In this document: positions 38,767 to 51,786 of the stretch, piece after piece
How positions within the stretch are numbered: position 1 is the stretch's first letter
How the letters are laid out: the number at the start of each line of letters is the position of its first letter
Assembly (NCBI GenBank): GCA_040357565.1
Contig: JBDODJ010000008.1
Reading direction: 5' to 3' (one strand)
DNA length: 64,000 nt
DNA from: Cercozoa sp. M6MM
Taxonomy: Eukaryota; Protista; Endomyxa: Ascetosporea
Notes under the pieces: model-generated
What the model saw: only the letters and a program-made list of their open reading frames with translations
Database searches by the model: none
What the model was told of the DNA's origin: nothing
Program-made: the position numbers and the translations under genes

Positions 38767-39111
38767 AACAGTCAACAGTCATCAGTCGCACAGTGTTACA
38801 AGTGCTGCACAGTGTTAACAGCTCCCAGCAGATCGTAGTACAGTAGCGGGTATGACGGGATGACTAACGGATGGCTGACGAATCTCCTGAGAATTGAGAA
38901 ACGGCGCGTTTACTTAAAGACGCGTTCTGAAAACTTGCAGAGTTGCTTTTAAACTGACCTACAGTCTCAGCAGGGCCGCGACGTTTGCTGTATTGTCAGG
39001 TGGCAGGAAGAGAGCCCTCAGGTTAAAGCTTGTGACAGGTTCCAAAGTTGCAAAAAGGTACATGAGATTTATTTTTCGCTTTTTTTTGCGAAAATGTGTG
39101 TGTGTTCAGAA

Positions 39112-40563
39112 ATGCTGGCACTTCGTGCTTGTCGCCACGTTGGGGCTCCAACTCTTCGCTGTATTTTAACTTTGCCTTCGTCCCCGTGATGCCCAATGGG
39201 ACTATCCTTGTGCAGTTTTCGCGATTACGGATAAAGAGTGGAACCCGATGGGGCAATTTGAGTCGAAGCCGGCGGAGAAAAAGATAGTGGTCAGACCGGA
39301 AGATTTGATGGAAGAACCAAAGAAGAGACTTTCTCGCTCGCGACTCGTCACAAGACTCGCCAATCGTCTGGGTCGCCCAAATCAGCGCGTGACGTGGACC
39401 TCGCTCGCTGTGTCCTCCAAGGCCGTTTCTGTACCCTGCCCCTCCCGATACACGTGCAAGGTTTGTCTCTGCACTACGTATGTTTGTGCACCTAGATTCC
39501 CCAGCTGGGCACGGTCTCAGAGGAGACCAAGAAGGACTTCGAGCAGCAGGTCGCACCTGTGCTTGATCAGCGTTCCAAGGATCTTAAGGAGTGGCTCGCC
39601 ACCGACGTTGGCCAGGAGTTTCAGCGACTTGAGACGCTGATCCGGCACCGCATGCACCCAAACTTGAAGGTATTCTCCATACATTTTTTTGCCCCTCGGT
39701 TCCTCCTGTACACTGGCACTCTTATGCCATTTTACCGCCACAGACGCCCCTGTCGCCGCGCTTCCGCCTGGCAGCCGACACGTTGCGCGCCTTGAAACAC
39801 GGCGGTGAGCCTGTGTCGGTAAACCGTTTTACTTGTCTAGCCATGCTTAATTAGGGCGGCGCTCATGTTTCCTCGCAGGTTACGGCAGCCCAGGCCGCCG
39901 CCAAGGACAAATGGGAGCGTATGTCGGACGATGAAAAGGCCAAGTTGCAGCAGGTACGTTCGTACCTTCGTTGTGAGTGCGTATCGTTAAAGTTAAGCGT
40001 TTGTTGGACTCTATAGGAGTACCAGGAGCAGCTTGCAGAGATGCGCGCTGAGCGTGCTCGTTTGCAGGGCACTGGCGAATTGCAGGTTTCGTCATTTGTT
40101 CATACACTCTTTTCCCATCTTATGTGTGGTTTTTTAGGCCTTCCACAAGGAGCGTGCCTTGCTTTTGTCATGGCTCTCGACGCGCCATACGAAGTCGTTC
40201 GAGCAGTTCAAGGTGCCAAAACAATCGGTGTTCGTGTCGTAGTGAGGGTGTTTATCCTTTGTTTTTCTCTCGTCACAGGAGATGCAACAGCAGCATGAGG
40301 AGAAGCACATACAGAAGAAGGAAAAGATGAAGGAGATGCAGGTAAAGAAGAAGGAACTTGAACTCAAGAAAAAGGAGAGAAAGCAAAAGAAGAAGGAGAT
40401 CGTGCGCAAGAAGCAGGAGGCGTTGCGAAAGAGGAAGGCCAAGGCTGAGAAAGCCAAGGAGAAGGCCAAGGCTGAGAAAGCCAAGGAGAAGGCCAAGGTT
40501 GAGAAAGCCAAAAAGGTTGACGAAGCAGTACTCGAGGAGCTCATTGACACGCAACCTGAGTAA
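39112..40563 (+). CDS. HMG-box protein with putative mitochondrial presequence and Lys/Ala/Glu-rich tail
   Basis: MLALRACRHVGAPTLRFFA presequence-like N-terminus; HMG-like PNLKTPLSPRFRL..VTAAQAAAKDKWERMSDDEKAKLQQEY; tail of (KAKAEKAKE)n. Confidence 0.65.
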
Positions 40564-40827
40564 ATCCCGCGACGACGACGCGACGTGCGGTGTGCCCCGG
40601 ATTGGCGGGTCTCTCGCTCGCGTCGCCGGGTAAGATGCGATGTTTCAAGTTTAAACTAATTACAACGATAATGTAACTGTAAAAACATCTGACTCGATTT
40701 GCCTGCCATAACTACCGTACGTCGTGTAGTTTGCGATATACGCGCGGATGTGGACAAAAACCTTCTGGGCTCCGCGAAGAACGAATCTCGACTGGACCCA
40801 GGGCGTGGCCCGACTAGGCTAGACAAG

Positions 40828-42390
<1,563 letters not shown>

Positions 42391-42888
42391 CAAGACCCGC
42401 TCGCGCTCAACTGATTCAATCTGCGTCCAGGACGGCTTCGGTCGGGCTGAACAGCTACAGCCTGAGATCTTCGCACTTTCCGTCATTTCCTTCCAAAATT
42501 TACAGTAAATTTATGTTACCGACGGTTCGGTTGTCAGTGAAAAGTAAGTCGTCAATTAGACGAAGCGAAAGAGTCAAATGATTCAGTTTGAGAAGCGAAG
42601 TGAAGAATTACACCAACTGGGTTCTTACGTCAAATTAGACGGAGTTTTAGACAGAATCTTCCGTCACGGTGAAAATCGTGCACAAGGCAAATCATAAAAA
42701 GCTGGCATGTTTTCTCTGCCTACGATGCCGCTTTGCGCAAGTCGTCGGCGTTGGTTTAGCAAGGCGGCTGGAACTAAATGACGTGATACCGTAGGAGTAC
42801 TTACGTATACCTACGTATACGATACTCGAATCCACGTGCGTACGGGCACCTTTTACCGCAGCACACGACGCGCAACGTCAGTTCGCTG

Positions 42889-43105
42889 TTACGTCTCGGG
42901 AGGCAACAACGCAGTAACGCGGTCGTAGTAAGTATCCTGCCACAACGTCACAGACATAATGCTGGAGCATGCGAATGGAACATACCACAAATGGCAATGT
43001 GCCTCCACTCTGACCGTGTTCTCGCAGAGTATTGACGATGCCGGTGTGGATAGCACATTTACGTGTCACACCCTCGTCATCGACGAAAGCACTGTATGTG
43101 TGTGT

Positions 43106-43163
<58 letters not shown>

Positions 43164-43783
43164 GTGTGTCAGCTCCAACGCCGATTGAAATTATGCGTAC
43201 CGGTGCGGGGTCACGTTGATCGTCTTGTGCCGTCCAAATGAAATAAATGCATACATTTCGCCCTGTAGCACATCAGATGATAAGATAAACCCGCCTTTTG
43301 CAGAAAACAAATCCACTGGTCTCAAGTTGATTTCAGCCAGTTCCGTCGAGTCAGAGTTCACACTACTCGCGTGAGCACAATAAAACTCACACTTCTTTGC
43401 AGTAAAAAGCAAATACAGCAGAGTCGCGATGTTTTTGGCAACCGCAATGGCTGCCTACGAAAAATATAAGAATCCAAACATAAATGCTGTAATCTGGCGC
43501 GCCCGTATTTTGTACCTGCAAAGCAAAGGTAACGTTCTTTTCAAAACCGAGGGGCGCATCAGGCTTGTCGCTTTCGGTGTCAACAACAGTCACCATGTCA
43601 CCCACGGCAAAGACCTGGTTGAGCGGTCCTCTTCAAACACACAGAGGAACAATGCCTATTGTAGTTTACTCCATTTTACTGAAAAGGTACTGGTCGCTCA
43701 GAACACGCATACTCTTGTCAACCTTGACTGCACCACTATTAATACCACGTCTCAGTATGAACAAAGACACTGAGAGGGAAGAG

Positions 43784-43821
<38 letters not shown>

Positions 43822-46168
43822 AAGAGAGAATGTGTATACAGTGGCGTGAGTGCCGACGCGATCGGAGCAAAGGTAGAAACGTATGACGAATTGGCACGCG
43901 GACCACCTACGCGGAGGCGAAAAAAACAACTATGAGACTAAGCCAAGCATTCACAGGTGCTAGAACGCACCAGCCCACACGACAGCATCAAAGTCGAAGA
44001 CATCGCCATTGGCGCATGTGACGCTGTTTTCTGCCGCATCCACGATGCGGTACCCATCGCCATGTCTGCAGGTGTGAGCGTACAGAAAGGCAGAAGAGGT
44101 CACGGGCGCAGAAGGATAACAAACAAAACATCGATGCCCAAGGCAGCAAGCTCGCGCAAGGCCAAATCGTGCGCACCCGAAACTCGCTTCAGCAGACAGC
44201 TCGAAGACAATAGGGTCACTGTGCGATCACCCGGCAGGTCAGCAATCTCGCTGGCCATCTCGCAGCCGACCAAACCACCACCCACAACAACGACTTTCTT
44301 AGCAATCTGGTCTGGGATGGCATCGAAAAAAAGAAGTAAGACGATTAAAGGATTTAAAAAAAAGGTTGTACATCGCTGGTTTTGCTTCTTGAGTTGCTTT
44401 CGTCGCAGCTGCAGCGATCGACTTTGAAACAAAACACACCGAATGAGAACAAGGAAGGACAGAGAAGAAAAAAGGACATGCCCGATGGCACTGCGCATGT
44501 CGCCATCGTAGTTTGCCCCAGTGGCAAGAACAAGCGTGTCATAGAAGACTTGCTCGGTGCCAACCATGACTACCGAGCACAACTAAACATGAATCGTACA
44601 GCAGAACAGGACAGAATGTACCATGACCAGACCGCACAGCACGAACGGAGCCGAAAACGAGACGCACATTCTGTCACATGTAGGCTCCATACCAGGGGGG
44701 TGTCGATATAAAGGATGGCGGGGGTAACCTTAGAGTCATCGCCAAACACGTCGTGCAACGGGATTGAGACCTTCTCGTGATACTACAAGCAAAAGCTAGA
44801 TTTCTTGAAACCTCACACACCCAGCTAACCTTTCACCCCGATAACTTAGGATACTTTGTAGTCGGCACAGGAAGCGATGACCATGGACGGTACGTCCTCG
44901 AAGTACTCTTTGTCACTAAAGGTAAAGGGTAGAGAGGTATCGATATCACACATGAGGCAAATGTACTTAATTAGCGTGAGATGCACTTGCGGATGGTTGC
45001 GCAGACTCGCAGCCACAGCAATGCCACCTGGACCAGCGCCAATGACAACAACGCGATGCTTTCCGTTGCACACCTTGCAGCTTTCTACATTAGCACACGC
45101 TCGAGTCCACTTTGAAACCAGTTAAACCACAAGGTACGGCAGCCTTGCTCGATCGTGTTGTTGAAGTGCTCAACGAAACCAGTGACAAAATTGGTCATCA
45201 GTAGCTCGCCTATAGCAAATAATAAGGTATTTCCAGAAAAGATAATATTCAAAAAAAAAAGAAAGAAAAAGAACAAACAAAAGCAAAAAACACAACTGTA
45301 CTGATAGATAAAACTACGGATCTCATGGTCGGCACGGTTAAAAACGCCCTTGTATTCCTCACCTGTTCAGTCGCCTAGGCCTTCAGAAACAAAAGCAATT
45401 CGTCAAACATATCGATCCGGTACCAACAACGTCAAGTTTGGGTGTATTGTCAAGGGCTTGCTCAATCTTGTTCTCCGTGTACTGCCTGTGCAAAACAAAT
45501 CCGCGATTGCCTAACTCGGCTCGGTATAGAAGAGGGAGCTTTAATGAAATGACGTACCGAACGGTCGCTGACACGTTGACTTCAAACGGCGATTGCTGGC
45601 GCACGTAGTCGTCCGCGATAAAATTCTGCACAAAGGATTTGGTTTAGGGTCAAAGACGTAAAAAGGGAGACATACCAAGAGTCGCTTTGACGAGTGTGCT
45701 CGATACTGCGACACATCTGCAACAAGAACAACGTGCACTGCTCGAGTGAAAGCCGAGGTCAAGCTATACCATTAACGAACAGAAGGGACTCCTCTGCGAG
45801 CTTTGCCAGCGTGAAGCGCGCAAACGCTTCGTGCAGTACTGCAACACAACAATAACGAGCTCTCCAAACCACGAGAAAAGGAAGAAAGTAATATACACAC
45901 CCGAATTCGCCAGAATTTCCTCAAGGCTAATGTCAACGGGAATCGGCTCAACTGTATCATCCTGGCAGCAACCATGCATTCAAATAATAAAAGAGAAAGC
46001 AAAGACGAACTTGTTCCTAGAAACACTTCTTACCTCTGGGTAGTCGTCGTTCTTCGATATGTTGGCTTTGAAGGTTGTTAGCAGTTTCTTTAGGTTGCTG
46101 AATAACACACAGGACACAAAAACGTAAGTTAATGCGCGGCGTGGCGTGGCGTACGTGCGTGTGTGTGT

Positions 46169-46257
<89 letters not shown>

Positions 46258-46608
46258 CACGTGTGTACCGAACAAGCGAACCCTGGCGAAACAGCGATTT
46301 TTGCTTCGAAACCACGATTTGCAACTGTTTTGGTCGCAAGCAATGTGAATGGGTGATTGTTTTATGAGATCCCCGATTGATTTGTTTTTACCACGCCGTG
46401 CGTGCTCACGGGATTCTGGGCTTCTTCTTCTATCAGCGTCGCGGGAGTTTCGGTAAGCGTCTTCTCGGTACGCGGATTTGCTTCGGTTCCCGATGTCGAT
46501 GGTTGGACGTCCGCCTGGTTTGCGAAACTTCCATCGACAAATAATGGCGCAGTATGATTTAGATCTCAGTACTTCATCAACGCTATTACGAGAAGTGCAG
46601 ATGCCCAT
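42889..46608 (-). CDS. N-acylated RGS domain fused to AIFM2/FSP1-like FAD/NAD(P)H oxidoreductase
   Basis: MGICTS start; RGS (LEEILANSVLHEAFARFTLAKLAEESLLF..DDYVRQQSPFEVNVS..VFNRADHEIRELL); 53-nt intron 45085-45137; then VVIGAGPGG, YDTLVLATGANY, VVGGGLVGCEMASEI, VFAVGD. Confidence 0.85.
46159..46256. repeat. (GT)n microsatellite, intronic
   Basis: Direct observation. Confidence 0.95.
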
Positions 46609-46719
46609 GCCTACAGTTCAGCACAACCAGACACAATGCGTGCACTTGTATAGTACTGCACAGAGTATCGTAGGCCAAAAATAAAAAACGTCTACTGTAC
46701 AGTAAAATAACGACTTGAG

Positions 46720-46783
46720 TGTTCGGAGTGCTGTTTTCGTACCTTTTAAGGGGGCGAATGTTCGGAGTGCTGTTTTCGTACCT
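46720..46783. repeat. 25-bp direct repeat TGTTCGGAGTGCTGTTTTCGTACCT x2 (46720-46744, 46759-46783)
   Basis: Exact duplicate with 39-bp period, 110-175 bp upstream of the RGS-fusion ATG. Confidence 0.9.
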
Positions 46784-47345
46784 CCCTTTGTTTCAGAGTG
46801 AATTATAAAAATTAGCTCAGTACTGGCATAATACACATTAGCACCGAGCTTTAGACAGCAGGCTTTAATCATGGTAAATTAAAATAGAGTATCCCACTGC
46901 TACTCAATTAAAATAGATGGGACACAAGCACACCGTTGTCGGACGAGGCGCGTCTCATTTTTCGTGAGATTGGCGTCATCTGCAACACCACACAATCAAT
47001 GCACGTAATGTAAATATATACTTATAGATACATACATAAATTTATATATATATATACATATATATATAAATATATCATTTCGTAGGCAGCAGAAGTTCTT
47101 ACCCAACGTGAAGCAATTCGCCGCAGGACCGACACATATCCACACTCGGCCCAGGCGTTGAACTTTACATATCCACGAGCAAACAGTCTACAACATTGAC
47201 AAGGTTTTCGGCGACACCATCGCTAGGGATAAAGGATTATTTTCCTGTACGGTGTCGTATAGCACCGCACAAGCACAGCTTTTTTTTTGTGATCATGATA
47301 CCGTACAGTCCTGACGTGAGTGTTTTTATGAACGTTAAACGAAAA

Positions 47346-48727
47346 TTAAACTATAAATTCTAGTCCGTTTTGCGGGTATCCCGTTCCAAATTCGAAGGCA
47401 AACGATGGGTGGCGAGTTTTTTTGTCCTGTATCAAATCGCTTCATAGCCTTATGGCACAATCTGTCACAACTACTACATCGTAAAACATGCTGCACCATT
47501 TGATGGCACTCTTAATGAGCTCGCTATCCAATCTATTGATCTCCAGTGCTACACGCACATGCGCAATCAGCGAGGGATACAAGAAACCCTGATACCCTCT
47601 TCGCCGTCAGGGCACGTCACAAACGCATCCGGCGCTTCCCTCCTACACGATGCATATGGTGAAATAACTCAACGAAACCGAAAGAAAACTCACTCAATGA
47701 CGGCAAGCGCTGCACCTAACTTTCGCTCTGGCAGTTCCGACTGTCGGGAAGCATTAATCGGCACAGTGCCCATAAAAAAAGAATTGTTAATACCAACAAC
47801 GTTAGAAGCTGGGTTCTTTCTTTGTCACTTGCCACTAACACAGAGCATTGATGAATCGATGAATTTTTATTTTATGTTCCAAGCAAAACACACAATTCTT
47901 GAGTCGGATGGCACGGTTCGCCTTTCGCAATTTCGACCGCACCATCGCACGAGCGCCTGCCAGACCCATACAATAGTTCACGGACGCCCAAACCTTGCTG
48001 TCTGCTCGATACCTTCGGAGGCTTCGTAGTACTCGCGTGATCTGGGTAAAGGCACCCCTAGTGCTCTCAGTGATAACTACGAAAAGATACATCAAGGCAA
48101 CGAAAAACAAAGATTTGGTACGTACTTCCTCTTCTTGTTGCCGCTGATGTTCTAAAATAGTGTGCACTTTCTTCATCGCTGCTTCGAATATCACACTGTA
48201 CTCGCGTGCCTGGTCCGAAAGATCAAAATCAGATTCATAAAAACAAAAATCACGAAAAAAAGATGCCTTTGCGTTGATTGGATTGCCAGCGCTATTGAAG
48301 CAGGTTGCATTGTGCCATACTTGACGCACATCCGTCGCAAAGTCCTGTTGAGAGAGAATGTGATAAAACGGACAACACAGGTAAACTACGAAACACTCAC
48401 TTCGATGGTGGTGTAGGTTCCCGTCACAAGCCGACTCCGGACCGTCCCCAAATCCTGCGCACGTAGCCCCGAAATCGTACTGGAAATATCGTACGGGATT
48501 AAAGTTCAAGCGTCGGAATACCATCGGTCTTGACACGGCTGAGTTGTATGCCTTTTCCATGTCTGGACCGTACGCCTTGGCATCAACTGGAGCGCCGAAA
48601 ATCGGGTCGTCGCAATCGACTTTCTGTTGCACAGCAATACAACATCTCATTCTGTCATTTCCGAAATGATAATTGGTACGATGAGGTATTCGATAACCTC
48701 GAGGCACAGGTCAGCGCCAATTGACAT
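47346..48727 (-). CDS. BET/GTE-type protein: single bromodomain + ET domain
   Basis: IFGAPVD..YNSAVSRPM|DLGTVRSRL..Y..|DFATDVRQVWHNATCFN; ET-like DKERTQLLTLL|SELPERKLGAALAVIE..LEINRLDSELI. The last exon is uncertain (alternative stop at 47442). Confidence 0.85.
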
Positions 48728-48861
48728 TCAGGACGCCAGAAAGACCGTTTTGTAGACTCCTGTACCGTAGGCACCGATTACAAAAAGAGCGCTGGTGCGA
48801 ACATTCTTTGAAGATGAAGGTAAATCGCAGGCTGCACGAAGCAGCGAAACGCGTGTCTAAA

Positions 48862-51541
48862 ATGTGGTATTTCTGCGACCACAACGGCCAGACGTGCGTT
48901 AGATCTGCGAACGATGCTTGTTTCTGCAAAAATATAATATTGTTTCTTCGATTTGCAGGCAAGGTCCTCTGCCGGCCGCAGACTTGGTACAATACACGTC
49001 GAACAATCTGGTGGGCAACAGGCAGGACGCTTCAAAGATGACTACGGTTCCTTGACATTGGCAGGTCCGCCTGCCGCTGGTGACAGCGCAAACGATGGTG
49101 TTTCCCGCAGGTCAAGCTGGAGCACAATGGTTTTTCCTCCCTCCTTGCCCTTGCCTGCCTTGCCACGTTTGCGTCTTGAGTAAAAGATGCATGTTTTTTT
49201 GTTTGTTTTCTTCCTCAAAGGACGCAGCTCGGATCGATTGAAGAGCTACGTGCTGCACTGCCTGTACCATCATGTTGTCGACGTGACACTATTTCGCAGT
49301 GCGTGACTTACTCAGGAAGCGCCAGTGCCGGTGAATCAAGGCGAGGCGCAGTACTACTTTGTCAACCGCGAAGGCAAACAAGGCGGTCCGCTGCCTGCCT
49401 CTGCCATCGGCGCGCTGTTTGATACCGTAATCTTCGATTTCATTGTTCGGTGCTCCAACTTTGCAGACCGTTGCTTCTGTAGGGAGCGCTGCTGCCGACG
49501 TCGCTGTGTTTTGAAATGATTCCTGGAGGTACCCAAAGTAAGAGCAATACCGGCATTGTGCTTTAAGTGTACACACAGTGCAAGACCCGGCACAAGGCGA
49601 GTGGCTGCCTCTTAACGAGCAGCCTGCCTTGTGCACTGTCACTGGCACGCCGTTTGCCGACCCTCGAGGCAAGGCGGTCTGGAAGTACGTCGACGCTTTT
49701 GGCGGTGAACAGGGACCGGTACTGATCGCCTGAAGGTCTCCAGATGCTTTTGCACCTGATTCTGCGTAGGTGACTCTGCGACAACTGCAACGACTGTATG
49801 CCTTGGGCGAAGTTGACGGTCATACCAAGGTATACAATGTGAGCGATATTTCGGGGGGGGGGCACACCTTTACTCATTATTACATACACATAGGTGAAGC
49901 GACTAGACGCCGAGCACTTTTCCGAACTAGATTGTGTGCCGTCTTTGTCCAAGGTGCTTTTCTCTTCCTCTAGCCCACCCTGTTTTACCTTCCCTCCATC
50001 TGCACAGGTCAAAGACCGCAAGAACAACGCGTTCCTGCAAAAGTCGGCGACTCAGCAGGCCATCCAACGCAAACAACGTCAACAGCAACAGCAGCAACAA
50101 CAGGTGCAGGGACAGAAACGCAACCGAAAGAAGAGACGCAAACCAGCGCAACAGCCTGCGATTTACATCTCTGGCCTGCCGAAGGACACAACACCACAAG
50201 AGGTAGGCTAGACAGGGTATGTATGATGCGAACGAAAGGAAGGGCTTCACTATGCCGCAGGTGGCGGATTTCTGTCGTCGTGTTGGTGTGATTGCCATCG
50301 ATCTCGTCACTGGTAGACTGTGTTTGCTTACCCTTTGCTCCTCTACCCGTTTCTTCACCCCCTATCTTGAATGCCTAGGCGAGGACCGTGTGCGACTGTA
50401 CCGCGATGACGCTGGTGCACTCAAAGGCGACGCGTGTGTCGAATTCGAGGTATATCGATTGTCTCCTCTTACCATTGCTTAGAGCTCTGTGACCTCCAGA
50501 GAGAAGAAAGCGTTCAAATGGCCGAACAGCTGCTCGATGAGTCTCAGTTTCGCGTCGGCGTGCCTGTTCATGTATCCCGACGCACCAACGACAACAACAG
50601 CGACGAAGGGAGCTCAGAAGGCGTTGCGCGAAAGAAGAGGGAAACTACTGGCAAGCACAAGATGGATCGCACGCAACTCAAGCGGCTACGCGAACTCCGT
50701 CGTGCGCAGCAGCAGCAAAAACTAAGGTTTATCGTTTTTATTCCTTGTCACTACGCTTCCCTTCACTTCCCTCTTATTGCCCCTGTTCTCATGTCACTTT
50801 AGTTGGAGTGACGGTGCCGACCGTGCACTTTCCAAGTACCGGATCGTTGTGCTAAAGCCCATGTTTGACGCGCGCCTCATTTCGCAGCGTGCTGAGACTG
50901 TACTTCTCTTTGCCTCCCCTGCTCCGCTGCTTTGACACTTCACCACCTGCCTGAAACAGCGATCAGGTGGCGACATGCTGAAGAAGGAAGACATCGAGTT
51001 GAAGGAGTATGAATCGATTGAACGCGAAGTGCAACAAGGCTGCGCGGAGTGTGGCGAGGTAGTACTACCTCACTCACTTTGCCCCTTTCCCTTAGCGTGC
51101 AGTTCTACCCGAGTATTGTATGTATGATACGTAGGTGCGCAAGGTGATCGTATTCAAGGGCAGCGACGTCGGCGCTGTTGCCGTCAAGTTCGCCGACGGT
51201 ACTCTCTTTGTCTCTCATCCGCTATCTCCCCCTCTGATTCCGTGCGAAACAGCATCGGGTGCAACAACTTGCATTGAACGCATGCGAGGGCGTCTGTTTG
51301 ATGGACGGTAGGTTTGCACGTGCTTGTAACCGCTATGAAAGTTATTTTTGTTGCCTTTGCAGGAGACTTCAATGTGATCATTGGGACGGCATCACCGACT
51401 ACGGCGCTTCCACGGGTTTTTTGCTTCTCTATTTCTACATTGTACTTCTTACGCGGCATATTCTACCCAGTGACCGACGAAGCCGAGGAAGAGCGTCGTC
51501 AGGCGGCGTTTGCCAATTTTATCGAGCGCTCCGAATCGTAA
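48862..51541 (+). CDS. HTATSF1: U2-associated splicing factor TAT-SF1/Cus2 with three N-terminal GYF_2-like repeats
   Basis: WYFCDHNGQTQGPL, YYFVNREGKQGGPL, WKYVDAFGGEQGPV; RRM IYISGLPKD..RLYRD..LKGDA..REESVQMAEQLLD; UHM IVVLKPMF..GRLFDGR..WDGITDY. Confidence 0.9.
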
Positions 51542-51786
51542 TTATCCTAGCACTCGCGTCGCACTCGACGGCGCTAGCTTTGCTGACACATGTTCCCTAA
51601 GTTTAAGCGGGTGCTGGACTACAGCCATTTAAAACAAAAAATCGATCAATCTCATGCTAGCGCTCGGCTCCTACGTCGGTTTTCCCCTCGGAGGCTCGAA
51701 CGTGAAAATGGATCGCGACATACAGGTTTTGGACAAAAACTGACGTTAGCGTAGCGACGTGGCGAACTGACCGCACGTGCCACCCA

